DNA of 64,000 nucleotides. It comes from Eledone cirrhosa (Eukaryota). Shown here piece by piece: positions 29,501 to 42,912 of the stretch (within the stretch, counting starts at the first letter, position 1; the number at the start of each line of letters is the position of its first letter). The notes beneath the pieces are model-generated. The model was given only the letters and a program-made list of their open reading frames with translations. It ran no database searches and had not been told where the DNA came from. Location of the stretch: contig OZ024748.1 of the NCBI GenBank assembly GCA_964016885.1, positions 46,128,001 to 46,192,000 of the forward strand, in the 5' to 3' direction. A program made the translations under genes and the position numbers.

Positions 29501-29992
29501 GGTATGAGCATAGGCCAGAGGCGGTGATGGAGAACAATCAGGTGAAGGTGCTGTGGGATTTTAGGATACAGACGGACAAAAAACCGGAACACAATAGACC
29601 TGACCTGGTGGTTGTGGACAAAGAAAAAAGATCGTGTCTGATTGTGGATGTGGCCTGCCCGTTCGACACGAGAGTGCAAGAGAAGGAGAGGGAGAAAATT
29701 AACCGATACCAGGACCTAAAGTGGGAGGTGAAAAGGATCTGGAACTGCCATGAAGTCAAAGTGATCCCGATTGTCATAGGCGCACTGGGGACTATCTCCA
29801 AAAGTTTCCAGGGATGGTTAAAGAAAATCGGCCCCTTCACGCTTTTTGGAACGCTTCGAAAGGCATGCTTGCTTGGAACAGCAAGAACCCTCCGATACGT
29901 CCTGAATATCTGAGGCTGCAGGTAGTGGCTTGATATTCAATCCAACGGACTTTCCAGTTAACCAACATCAATGACTGAGATTCAAGGAATAA
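29497..29992 (+). mobile_element. R4/Dong-like non-LTR retrotransposon 3' end (restriction-like endonuclease) inserted in (TAA)n
   Basis: WYEHRPE..LWDFRIQTD..NRPDLVVVDK..IVDVACPFD..EKINRYQDL..VIPIVIGALG..ACLLGTAR; (AAT)n on both sides. Confidence 0.9.
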
Positions 29993-30362
29993 CAACAATA
30001 ATAATTATAATAATAATAATTATAATAATAATTGTTTCTATTTTAGGCACAAGGCCGCCAATTACATTGTTTTATCGACCCCGTAAGGATGAAAGGCAAA
30101 GTTATAATAATAATAATAATAATAATAAAAATAATAATTGTTTCTACTTTTGGCACAAGGCCAGCAATTACCCCAGTGTATTACTGGTACTTTATTTTAT
30201 CGACCCTGTACGGATGAATGGCAAAGTTAACCTCGGCGGGATTTGAGCTCAGATCATAAAGGGGCGTAAATCTATGCTGCAAAGCATGGCGTCCGACTTT
30301 CTACCAATGCTGCCAAAATAATAATAACAACAATAATAATAATAATAATAATGGTGATTTCA

Positions 30363-30715
30363 TTTATTGGCCAGAAGGGCCGACATGTAGGGGACAACGC
30401 ACGGACAGTAGGGGTTTACAATAAACTCGAGTAAAAGTGCACAATAGCAAAACCAATTTAACAATGAAAAATATAAAATAAACTATGTATAAAGATAACA
30501 AAATAAATTCCCCAATAGGGGGGTGAACCAGCCAGGGGCGACTCAGGTACCCCACCAATCCTGAACCACCCGACACTTTAGGACACTTGAGAAGGTCACC
30601 CCTCTCCTCCTCAAATTAACCCGTCTACTGTCTGAGTAGGCCCACTCACACTGGACATTCTCGCCACATTCAACCACCTTTTAGCAGATGTACTTGGCAG
30701 CACTTCTCTCTTCAT
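30363..30715 (-). mobile_element. 3'-end fragment of a related Tx1/L1 LINE in (TAA)n; a similar 3'UTR-like piece at ~30965-31250
   Basis: Translates MKREVLPSTSAKRWLNVARMSSVSGP, similar to the C-terminus of the other copies; ggccaataaa end. Confidence 0.7.
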
Positions 30716-30912
30716 TATAATAATTGTTTCTACTTCAGGCACAAGGCCAGCAATTACCCAGTGCATTACTGGTACTTTATTTTATCGACCCCGTAAGGAT
30801 GAAAGGCAAAGTTAACCTCGACTGGATTTGAACTCAGACCATAAAAGGTCGTAACTCTATGCTGTAAATCATGGCGTCCGGCCCTCTACCGATACTGCCA
30901 ATTCACCGCCCT

Positions 30913-30970
<58 letters not shown>

Positions 30971-31509
30971 CTTTCTTTGTTAGCCAGACAGGGCTCACAT
31001 TAAGGAGACATTAAAGACGGTACAGGACGATACAATGTGGGGTCTTTTGTGTTAAATAAAATTTATCAGATTAAAAAATAAACATTTAAAAAAATAAACA
31101 TAACAAATCTCCCAAAGGTGAGGAGACGCGAAGGGTTACCCGTGGAGAAAGCCAACAAAAGCCATGGTCTCCCTGACTGGTAGGGCAAGTGCCCTCTTCC
31201 AGATGTCCTCCTTCAATACTACAGGCACACAGATACTAATAACCAAGGTAGATGGTTGACATCTTTTGTTTGGATTTCCAGATACAGATCTGTCTACGGC
31301 TATGTCACAATCTTAAAGTAATAATAATAATAGAGTTACTACTTTTGGCACAAGGCCAGCAATTACCCAGTACATTACTGGTACTTTATTTTATCGACCT
31401 CGTAAGGATGAAAGGCAAAGTTAACATCGGCGGATTTGAACTCAGAACGGAAACGGCCATAACTGTGCTGCAAAGCATGGCGTCCGACGCTCTACCGATT
31501 CTGCCAAGA

Positions 31510-31695
31510 TACGTACATTGAACAAATACGGATTGCAATACAGATGGAACACTTACAAAAAGAGCATTGCTTGGAACAGTTCAAATACTCCGCAGGGTAA
31601 TCGATGAATAAGGGGTGTCACCTCAGTTCACTTGTAGTGAACAGCTAACACTGTAATATATCTCCAGCGTTAGAAGCTGATCGAAGAAACAATAA
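31510..31695 (+). mobile_element. Short R4/Dong-like 3' fragment
   Basis: LQKRALLGTVQILRRVIDE* followed by a UTR and aataataat. Confidence 0.6.
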
Positions 31696-32071
31696 TAATT
31701 ATTTCTAATTTTGACATAAGGCCAGCAATTACTCAGTGCATTACTGGTACTTTATTTTATCGACACCGTAAGGATGAAAGGTAAAGTTAACGTTGGCGGG
31801 ATTTGAACTCAGAAGAAACAACAATAATAATATTGGTTTCTGATTTAGGCACAAGACCAACAATTTAGGGGCAAGGTAAAAGACGATTAAATCAACGCCA
31901 GTACATTATTGGTACTATACTTTATCGACTCCGTAAAGATGAAAGACAAAGCTAACATCGGCGGGAATTGAACTGAGAACGTAATTCTATGCCATAAAGC
32001 ATGCTGTTCGATGCTCTACCGATTTCTGTCAATCCATTTCCCTAAGAATAGGAAATATTGCACTAGATTAC

Positions 32072-32136
32072 CTGCTCTTAATGTCTTCCATTTTCCAAAA
32101 TGACATAGTAGGGAGCCGAATATAGAATTCGTCCAA
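32072..32136 (-). CDS. Host gene exon (phase 0-2): SEA-like domain 1, LDEFYIRLPTMSFWKMEDIKS
   Basis: Acceptor tatattttcag, donor gtaatc; LxxFY motif shared with exon 10875-10942. Confidence 0.82.
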
Positions 32137-32580
32137 CTGAAAATATATAAAAAGAAATAGTTTAAAGGCGATGCACTGAGTATCGAATGTCAAAAGATAA
32201 AAAAAAGAAAAACAATTAAAGAAAGAAAAAGCTTATAGTGCGATGCTCTACAAATATAAGTGTGTGTGTGAGTGAGTGTGAGCATGTGTGTGTGTGAGCA
32301 TGAGTGTGTGTGATGTGTGTGTGTGAGAGTGTGTGTGTGTGAGAGTGTGTGTGTGTGTGAGAGTGTGTGCATGAGTGTGTGAGTGCGTATGAGTATGTGT
32401 GTGTGTGTGAGTGCGTGCGTGCGTGCGTGTGAGTATGTGTGTGAGTGTGCGTGCGTATGTGTGTGCGCGTGAGTGTGCGTGACTGAGTGTGTGAGTGTGT
32501 GTGTGTGTGAATGTGTGCGTGTCTGCATGCTGAATAAGAATAAGAGATCGTAGTTTCAATTTGACTTATTTTATTCGTAA

Positions 32581-33567
32581 CTAGCCCGGCGTTGCTCGGC
32601 GCTGCTCAGTAGCTGTGTTAAAGTTACAATGTTAAGTTCCTTTCTTGGCTTAAAAACTGTAGAGTCTACAGTGTAGACTTTCATGTGGTACTTTTGATTA
32701 ATATTCCTCAACCAGCAGTATGCCTTATGAAGTTAAGAAAACATAACCATAACCCGAATGTTAAAACAAAAGAGGATGCTGGGGATAAAAACTGCACTGG
32801 TAATCTATTAACAAAAATCGAAAATGTAAACACTGCAACACTTGTCTCAGAGAAATACATCAGCGTAACCAAACTATCAGTTATTTTGAAACAAAGAAAT
32901 TGGATGGACATGAAATACAAAAAAAAAAAAAAAAAAAAAAAAAAATGCCTTATCTGTCTGTCGTTTAAAATCATTGCTTCTAAATAAACATCTCATAAGG
33001 CTTTATTCGAGATTATATATATAGATCAATGCTTTTTTTACAAAATATTTGCTTGTTTTGCGGTGTATTCAAATAGACTTGTTTTCAAGTAAAAATATTG
33101 TTTTAAAAGACTTTTTAATGGAAATGAAGCAAAATGGAAGCTTAATGTCGAAACTTCGGACTCATGAATTTTGCAGGTTAAAATTTTGCTGGCTGGAAAA
33201 CTGTACGTGTATTTTTTGTACACGCATCAGAATGACGCCATAAAAGGGAAATAACTCGTCTCTCATCTCTATTTATACATTTGAACTGGAAAATCAATAC
33301 ATTTCAAATTCGATTTTTGCACTTGGCGTGGGTCGATTTGAACATTTTTTTTACCGATGTCTCCGCCGGACCTTCATCTATAAATGTAGCAATTTCACCG
33401 AAATTTGAACGTACGGTTTAGGAGGAGATATGTGCCGACCGTTTTAGTAGACAGAGAGACAGACAACCTAAGTTTTATATGTATAGACTAGCAGAAAACC
33501 ACGCGATGGGCGGTTTTCTGCTAGTATATATATATATTACACACACAGAAATGTATATATATATTTC

Positions 33568-33604
<37 letters not shown>

Positions 33605-33815
33605 TACACACACAGAAATGTATATATATTTCTGTGTGTATATATATATATATTACACACACAGAAATGTATATATATTTCTGTGTGTGTATATATATAT
33701 ATATATATTACACACACAGAAATGTATATATATTTCTGTGTGTGTGTATATATATATATATATATTACACACACAGAAATGTATATATATTTCTGTGTGT
33801 ATATATATATATTTC

Positions 33816-33872
<57 letters not shown>

Positions 33873-34285
33873 CACACACAGAAATGTATATATATTTCTG
33901 TGTGTATATATATATATTTCTGTGTGTGTATATATATATATATATATATTACACACACACAGAAATGTATATATGTTTCTGTAGCACTCCTCAATTCCCC
34001 CCTCTCTTCCTCCCGCTATCCCCCTCTTGTAGTCTGTCTCTTTCTTTCACCCTCACTCTCTCTCTACGCGTGCGCAAAAAACATTCGCACGCGCGCACGT
34101 GTTTTAGCATCTATTCACTCTCTCTCTCTCTCCCTCTCGCTATCCCCCTCTCGTAGTCTGTCTCTTTCTTTCACTCTCACTCTCTCTCTACGCGTGTGCA
34201 AAAAACATTCGCACGCGCGCACGTGTTTCCACTGTCGGACAGACAGACAAACAGAGAAATTGATGGTTATATATTATAAGGAGAT
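32581..34285 (-). mobile_element. Stacked non-autonomous Helitron-like elements
   Basis: Minus-strand 3' ends (GC hairpin then CTAG) at 32581 and 33488; 5' TC(T) ends at ~33025, 33487 and ~34284. Confidence 0.55.
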
Positions 34286-35006
34286 TACGTAAGTCGTATT
34301 TCGCAAATGACCAGACCCGAACTGCAATCATCTACAATCTGTTCAATTTTGGGATTGATTTACGTCAGATAAACAAATCGATCTCTGAATTGAAAAGTGA
34401 TTTTAATCGATAAAGCCCCTGTTTGTACATTTGCGATAATCTGAAACTTCGACCCATCATTCTTAGTATAAGAACTTAGAAGCTTTAATAGCAAACAGGT
34501 GTCTGTGTTAATATACACATTTAACAATGAATAGCTAATTCATGGAAAGCCATTGTGTCCTCAAGCAGATGCTTCCTATAATAATATATTGTTATTATTC
34601 ACCAGCTGGCTATATATATATATAGCATATATATGTGTAGGTATGTATACTCCCTCTGATAGTTTGTAAAACTTTTACATAGATCTATATGATATACATA
34701 CCAACACACACATATATATCCTAGAAACGATCGTAAAATGATGAATTTTTTAATATAAGGAACTGTTTCTTTGTTTTTATTCATTATTTTTATTAATTTA
34801 TATATATATATATATAGAATCAATCAGATATTAATTAGCATAATAGTATATATTTTAATATCTGATTGATTCTATAGACATGATTTATGATATAATGCTC
34901 TGATTTTTTGGTTTTAATTTATTAATTCTTCATTGAGCTTAAAAGTGAACAGTTGCAACATATATATATATATCTTTAATTTAATTTTATGTATGTGATA
35001 ACCTTC

Positions 35007-35038
<32 letters not shown>

Positions 35039-35268
35039 GTATATGTGTGTGCGTGTGTGTGTGTGTATATATATATATGTATGTATGTATATATATTCGA
35101 TTATAAATGTGTGTATATACATGCATACATACATGTGCACAGAGAAATGGAGACTATGCAGAAGAATGAGATCCTCTAAATCATGTAAATAGAGGCCTCA
35201 AACAGGCACCATCCACAATAGTACATTGTCCACCAACTGCCTATATATATATATATATCCACCAATTG

Positions 35269-35311
<43 letters not shown>

Positions 35312-35428
35312 ACCAATTGCCTATATATATATGTATATCAAAAGTATATATTGAGTTAAAAACTCACATTAGTCACTTATAATCAATGTACCATATATGT
35401 ATATATCTGTGTATATAATCTCTTTATG

Positions 35429-35477
<49 letters not shown>

Positions 35478-36751
35478 AAAAAGTAAGACCCCGATGGCAG
35501 AGCTCAAGCCGTTTCGACAGCTATTTCTCGACTCAGAATACGTTTATATATATATGCGTTTTTATGTGTGTAATTATAATTTTGCATTCATACATGCGCA
35601 CAGTTATACATAAACATACGTACATACATAGATATATATATACATACATACGTACACAGATAGATATATACATATACACGTATGTACATACATACATACA
35701 TACATACATACATACATACATACATACATACATACATACATACATACATACATACACATAAATACATACATACATATGGTGGCTGCCAACTCGTTTTCGA
35801 GTACGGCCACTACTTTATATCCATGTAGGAGAACCCCTACCGATGCGCTGAACGAGTGTGACTTTTTATTCCAGCCAGCGACTTGAAAACGCTGGTACAA
35901 ACACTACACTTGTGACAATTATTGACACATAATGCTGGGCCCATGGTACCATGTGACGACAAGTGCAGAGAGATCTCCAGATATAAAGCAATGCCTGTGC
36001 CGTGAAGCTTTTATAGTGAGCAAAGGCACTGCACAACGCCAGTTCCACTCTCTTAACCAAGATGATATTTACCAAAAAGAAGAACAAGTCAACATCATTG
36101 GATACCATCAGGGTTGCAGGTGTTATATCAGTTTTCCTTCTCCTAGAATTCTGCCTTGACAAAACATAAATACATACATACATACATGCATACACATACA
36201 TATATATAATGAGAAGAGTGGGGGTATAAAGAACAGTGAAAATCTACTAAACCATCAACATTTATATACACTATAAACAGGTGTGTCATGAAATTTAAGA
36301 ACATCTTTATACTTAGTACAACTGAAAGGTTGAGAATGACTCATTGGAAATCTTCATGTTTCGATAGAGGAACTCGTTTTGAGTTGATTGAATCTAATCT
36401 TATAAAAATTAATTCACATCGTTGGTTTTATTGTAAAAGCACTTAGGCTCATATTTACTTCATGTATATATTGGTGGCGTATGTATACAATATATATATA
36501 CAATATATACAATATATACAATAGTACACATAATTCTCAGAAATGCATACACACACGTATGATATAATATAATTGTTTCTAATTTAGGCACAAGGCAAGC
36601 AACATACCCAGTACATTACTGGTACTTTATTTTATCGACCCCTTAAGGATGAAAGGCGCAAAGTCAACCTCGGCGGGATTTGAACGCAGACTGTAAAGGG
36701 ACGTAACTATGCTAGAAAGCATGGCGTCCAACCCTCTACCGATACTGCCAA

Positions 36752-36945
<194 letters not shown>

Positions 36946-37244
36946 AGATCAAAAGATGGTTAAAGGAGTTCGATATATTTTAAAATATATATAAAATATA
37001 TTATAAAATATATTATAATATATATTATAAAATATATTATAATATATATTATATTTTAAAATATATTATAATATATATTATAAAATATATTATAATATAT
37101 ATTATAAAATATATTATAAAATATATTGAACTCCTTTAACCATCTTTTGATCTTATATTATGCATACTCCAGTCCCACAAACTGTAGAGTGCTTCTTATC
37201 CGATATCTGCATTGCTTTATTGTACTACAATAAAACTCACCTCC

Positions 37245-37301
<57 letters not shown>

Positions 37302-37698
37302 GTTACCCCGTATATATATATATATATATACATACATAAACATACAGAAAGTGACTGAAGGGGACGTATTTATGTATATTTGAAATGTCTAAATACATGT
37401 ATGTAGTGAAATGCGTATATATATATAAATATATACAGAGTGCCCTCAAAAGTGTATACACAACTGCTGTGCATTCTAATAAATATTGCCTATTCAGGTC
37501 ATCAACGTATGTATACATTATTATTTTTTTTTTGGGGGGGGGGGGACACACATATTATGTGTATATATAAATACGTATATATATACGTATATATATACGT
37601 CTATATATATATATATATAAATTATACATTATGAAGAGAGAAGAAACATTTAGATATAATTAGTAATAAAATGTATCATACCTAAACTGTTCCTAAAT

Positions 37699-37786
37699 TC
37701 CTCGACTACGTAGTTTCGTGGCATAAACAAAAACAATATATCAAAGATATAGAGTCCTTGCGAGGTCTGCCGACTTATCAAGAGGA
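37699..37786 (-). ncRNA. Degenerate hammerhead (core TTGATAA) in a PLE-like unit with a direct terminal repeat (37626-37695 / 38216-38286)
   Basis: TCCTC-TTGATAA-GTCGGCA...TGCCAC-GAAA-CTACGTAGT-C-GAGGA. Confidence 0.65.
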
Positions 37787-38389
37787 TACCTCATTTTACT
37801 AGTCTCAAGAACGCGTCTACACGACGTGAGAAAGAATCCCAAAAGGCGGAGGGGGAGACAGTAACGCGATATAACGGTCGAGAAACAGAGCTAAGCCTCT
37901 TATAACCACGAAGAAAATACCACGGAGGCGGAGGGGGTATTCATATCGAGGCCGTAGAAGAGGTAGTGAAGAAGGCGAGAAGTATGAGTAATGGAAGCTT
38001 TCCAGTTGTCCCCACACTTCAAAGATTGCTCGACCAGAGGGAGTTATTAATATATTTAGAAACACACAGATACATGCGGACACACACATATATACATGAA
38101 TGCATCCGCACCCAACTGTGAGTTAAGGGTGCCAACTTCACCGATGTTGCTCAATGAATGACTGGGACAGACTAATTCAGTTTGAACCAGACTGAACCAG
38201 TATCAGAGTTAAAAATACATTATGAAGAGAGAAGAAACATTTAGATATAATTAGTAATAAAATGTATCATACCTAAACTGTTCCTATATATATATATATA
38301 TACAAGAACCATTATACAATGCCTAATATACAAATATTCTATAATAAATTTCATAGATGTTTTCTTCACGTGTGAATATATATATGTGT

Positions 38390-39290
38390 CTGTGTGTGTG
38401 TGTCTGTGTGTATGTGTCTGTGTGTATGTATGTGTGAGTCTGTGTGTATGTCTGGCTGTCTGTGTTTGTGTGTGTGTGTCTATCTGTGTGTATGTATGTG
38501 TGTGTCTGTGTGTGTGTGTCTGTGTGTATGTGTCTGTGTGTATGTATGTGTGAGTCTGTGTGTATGTCTGGCTGTCTGTGTTTGTGTGTGTGTGTCTATC
38601 TGTGTGTATGTATGTGTGTGTCTGTGTGTGTGTGTCTGTGTGTATGTGTCTGTGTGTATGTATGTGTGAGTCTGTGTGTATGTCTGGCTCTCTGTGTTTG
38701 TGTGTGTGTGTCTATCTGTGTGTATGTATGTGTGTGTCTGTGTGTGTGTGTCTGTGTGTATGTGTCTGTGTGTATGTATGTGTGTGTCTGTGTGTATGTC
38801 TGGCTCTCTGTGTTTGTGTGTGTGTGTCTATCTGTGTGTATGTATGTGTGTGTCTGTGTGTGTGTGTCTGTGTGTATGTGTCTGTGTGTATGTATGTGTT
38901 TGTCTGTGTGTATGTCTGGCTCTCTGTGTTTGTGTGTGTGTGTCTATCTGTGTGTATGTATGTGTGTGTCTGTGTGTGTGTGCCTGTGTGTATGTGTCTG
39001 TGTGTATGTATGTGTGTGTCTGTGTGTATGTCTGGCTGTCTGTGTTTGTGTGTGTGTGTGTCTATCTGTGTGTATGTATGTGTGTGTCTGTGTGTGTGTG
39101 TCTGTGTGTATGTGTCTGTGTGTATGTATGTGTGTGTCTGTGTGTATGTCTGGCTGTCTGTGTTTGTGTGTGTGTGTCTATCTGTGTGTATGTATGTGTG
39201 TGTCTGTGTGTGTGTGTCTGTGTGTGTGTCTATCTGTGTGTATGTATGTGTGTGTCTGTGTGTATGTCTGGCTGTCTGTGTGTGTTTATC
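38390..39290 (+). repeat. 116-bp higher-order minisatellite built from TG-variant microsatellite
   Basis: TCTGGCT marker recurs at ~116 nt; ORF starts at 38444, 38560, 38676. Confidence 0.85.
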
Positions 39291-40227
39291 TGTGTGTATG
39301 TATGTGTATGTCTGTGTGGTGTGTGTGTGCTTGTGTCTGTGTGTATGTCTGTGTGTCTGTCTGTGTGTGTCTGTGTGTGCTTGTGTCTGTATGTGTGCCT
39401 GTATGTATGTATGTGTGTCTGTCTGCGTGTCTGTCTGTGTGTGTCTGTGTGCTTGTGTCTGTATGTGTACCTGTATGTGTGCCTGTATGTATGTCTGTGT
39501 GTATGCCTGTGTCTATGTATGTATGTGTGTATGTCTGTGTGTGTGTCTGTGTGTCTGTCTGTGTGTCTGTCTGTGTGTATGTATGTGTGTGTCTCTATGA
39601 ACGTCTGTGTGTGAGTATATGTGTGTGTGTATGTAGGTGTGTATATGTGTCGGTATGTCTGTGAGAATATGTGTGCGTGTATGTCTCTGAGTATATGTGT
39701 GTGTGTATGTCTGTGTGTATATGTGTCTGTATGTATGTATGTATACCTGTATGTATGTTTATATTTGAATCTCATCATACACCTATGTCCACTCACATTT
39801 AACTAGGAGGGGGGGTGATAAATATGATTTTTTCCGGGCCCCCTTTAAAATATGTAGTGACCCATACCATTCACTGAAATCATCTTAAAAAATGTTCTCG
39901 AGGACCGGAATCCCCCTGTACATAGTCCCCGAAGTTAAGGATGGTCGAAAACAAGGAAAAGTCCGCTATTATTGCACCTATACTCGATATTTTTTCGTCA
40001 CAATGGAGGTTTTTGGGGTCAATAAACTCCTTTATGGTATTGTTTTTCCATTACGACCCTATTTTAACAGCCTTAGTAGATATATTCCACAAGTGACATT
40101 ATAGTTAACCTATTCATAACTGACCAAATCACAAGTCAATGAAAATATCGATTAGACAAGTTCCTGTTTCTGATAACACACTGGACATTGCGCAGATATC
40201 TTCGGAGAATCCACACTAGCTAAACGA

Positions 40228-40706
40228 CGTACCTACCTACCTACCAACCCACCTACCTACCTGCCTACATACCTACCCACCTACCAACCTACCTACCTTC
40301 CTACCTACCTACCCACCTACCTGCCTGTCTACCCACCTACCAACCCATCTACCTACCTACCTACCTGCCTACATACCTACCTACCTACCCACCTACCTGC
40401 CTGTCTGTCTACCTACCCACCTACCTGCCTGTCTACCCACCTACCAACCCATCTACCTACCTACCTGCCTACCTACCTACCTACCTATTACCCACCTACC
40501 TACCTACCTATTACACTAGCTAAACAACATACCAACCCACCTACCTACAGACCTACCTACCTAACTATTCACCTACCCACACATCTGCATGCCTGCCTAC
40601 CTACATACCTACCTGCCTACCAACCCACCTACCTGCCTACCTACCTACCTACCTACTTACCTACCTACCTACACACAAACCTGCCTGCCTACCTACCTAC
40701 CTATCT
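40228..40706 (+). repeat. (ACCT)n tetranucleotide microsatellite
   Basis: Direct inspection. Confidence 0.95.
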
Positions 40707-42012
40707 ATGAGGTGACAAACACTGTTATAGCGTCGTCGGTCATCCACTACCGCTTGACCGTCGTGCCTTGTCCAGCCAAAACATTCACCAAAATGGAGCG
40801 TGCGCTCTTCCAATTTCTTTGGAAGAAACGGGCTCCTTTGGTGAGAAGATCCATCTGCTGCCAACACCCTTCAAACGGAGGGCTGGGGATGCCGTAGTTG
40901 ACGATGCGCAAACACGCGCTCAGGCTGCGGCATCTCCACGTATTCCTCACTGAACAACCGGTGTGGGCCCCGTTCGTAAGGCGAGCCTTCCCACGACTCG
41001 TTTCGCTGACCGAGCTGCAGTCCTGGGTCAAGCAAAGACCGAGCAAAGACCGAGGAAAATGGGGGACTGGCACATCGAATGTGCTCAGCCGCTCACAGTC
41101 CTCTGGCAAACGGACCCGGCGATCAGTGGAGACTCGACTTCGTCATTCTATAGAGGGTTGGTCCGCAGCAAGTGCGACAACGCGCTCGGAGAAACTCTAG
41201 GATTAGAGGAGGAGGAACTGACCAGTCTGTTTGGTGGGACCTTCCGCCCCAACCGATGGACAACTTCCAAAATCCCTGGTCTGGCAGTGCTACTGAGGAG
41301 CTCTACCAGTTCGAGACAAACTCTACAGACACGGGCGCCCGGGCAGGGACCCTTCGAAAAAGATCTGTCCGAGATGCATGTGCAACGAGGAAACCGTCGC
41401 GCACGCATTTGTACACTGCCCGTGCGTTACCGACCTGTGGGGCTATGTAGAACGACTATTGTCGCGGGTGAGACCAATCCATTTGACCACCGAGTCCATT
41501 GTCATGATCAAACCGCCACCCTCCTTCAAAAACGAGGGAGATGTGGTTTTCCTATGTGTTATGGCTATGGTGAAAGAAGTTATAAAGTGGACGAGGTTAA
41601 AAGGGCTAAGGTCAGACACTTTTCTCTCCGGCGAACAATTGATTCGTTTTTTCAAATATCATTTGGGAAGAAGAATCAGGATGGAGAGAGAGGTGCTGTA
41701 CCCCAGCACATTTTATAAAAGGTGGGTGAATGTGGCAAAGATGGCCCGAGTGGTTTGGCCTTCTCTCTATATAGGCCTGTAGGTTGAGGAAAAAGAGGAA
41801 GAGAGGAGGGGAGTACTCACTCTTGGTGCTCCTGAAAATGAAGGTTGTACATTTTTTCGGGGTGTCTACAACCCCTGTGTAACGCCTCCCTCCTATTTGG
41901 GATTTCAATTGTTATTTGTTATTTTATTAATAGTTTTATTTTCATATACCTGTATGTAAACTCCCCATTTGTATTTGTCGCCTTCTTTTGTGCCCTTGTG
42001 GCTAATAAAGAA
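40707..42012 (+). mobile_element. 3' fragment of the same Tx1/L1 family, flanked on both sides by (ACCT)n
   Basis: YRLTVVPCPAK...GGLGMP...CNEETVAHAFVHC, collinear with the 14650-17478 copy; gctaataaag end. Confidence 0.92.
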
Positions 42013-42145
42013 ATTTATCTACCTACCTAACCTACCTACCTACCTACCTACCTACATATATAGATACATAAATACACACAGACACACATACTATATACAT
42101 ACATGTTCAAGCATACATACCCATACATACATACCTACATGCATA

Positions 42146-42339
42146 CGAGGGTGGGCTGAAAAGTTCATAGGTTGTCTATGAAGGAATGATGCTAGAGCTG
42201 TGAAATTTTGCATGCACTAATTTCTACTCTTATTAATAGCTGCATTATTTCTTTCCAGGGTCTATGTTGAAAGATAAAACACATTCGGTAATTCCATGAG
42301 AGTATCTTGGTCGGCCTATGAACTTATCAATCACCCTCG
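42146..42339. mobile_element. Tc1/mariner-type MITE
   Basis: TIR CGAGGGTGGGCTGAAAAGTTCATAGG / CCTATGAACTTATCAATCACCCTCG, TA on both sides. Confidence 0.85.
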
Positions 42340-42607
42340 TATATACACGCATATAAACATATATATAACTACGCACCACATATAAATATTTACACATTAT
42401 TGGATGGCTGTCAAATCTCGTGACAAGCTTTGTTATTGATCCTGCATTGTGTCCCCAAAACCACCTTCCTCACCAAGGTTGATTAGAGGGGCTGCTAGTT
42501 TAGTCGACAACGATTGGGCCGTGTGACAGGTTTTACTCAGCTACCTGTTACCAATAGACCTCTAAAGCGATCGGACATACATACGCACAAATGAACACGT
42601 ACACACA

Positions 42608-42654
<47 letters not shown>

Positions 42655-42658
42655 GCAC

Positions 42659-42689
<31 letters not shown>

Positions 42690-42711
42690 TACATATACAT
42701 ACATATATATG

Positions 42712-42912
42712 AGTACCTGGTTCAATCGTAAGTTCACAGTAAGTTTATGTATTCGATGCATTAGTAGAGTATATACAACCAAATTTAATATGGAAATGGC
42801 TTCTACAGGACTAGAATTGTTTCATTCGCAGGATATCATCAGGAAAGCCCTGATGATTTCCTTCAAATGAAACAGTTCTAGTCCTGTAGAAACCATTTCT
42901 ATATTAAATTTA
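42712..42912. mobile_element. Fold-back element with a CTGATGA..GAAAC core at the hairpin centre; relatives at 4990-5115, 19235-19340, 25545-25700, 25845-25985
   Basis: TTCTACAGGACTAGAA...CATCAGG-AAAGC-CCTGATG...TTCTAGTCCTGTAGAA. Confidence 0.78.

Larger units (their letters stand above)
30030..32040 (-). mobile_element. Cluster of about six copies of the same SINE family in (TAA)n-rich DNA
   Basis: Copies at ~30030, 30135, 30720, 31330, 31695, 31830; further copies at 23600, 36570, 43575, 51168, 54853, 55030, 55755, 60346, 62880. Confidence 0.85.

Noticed and set aside
29305-29913. 202-aa ORF with poly-Asn fused to an endonuclease
   Set aside because: Chance read-through of antisense host exon, (AAT)n and a Dong fragment.
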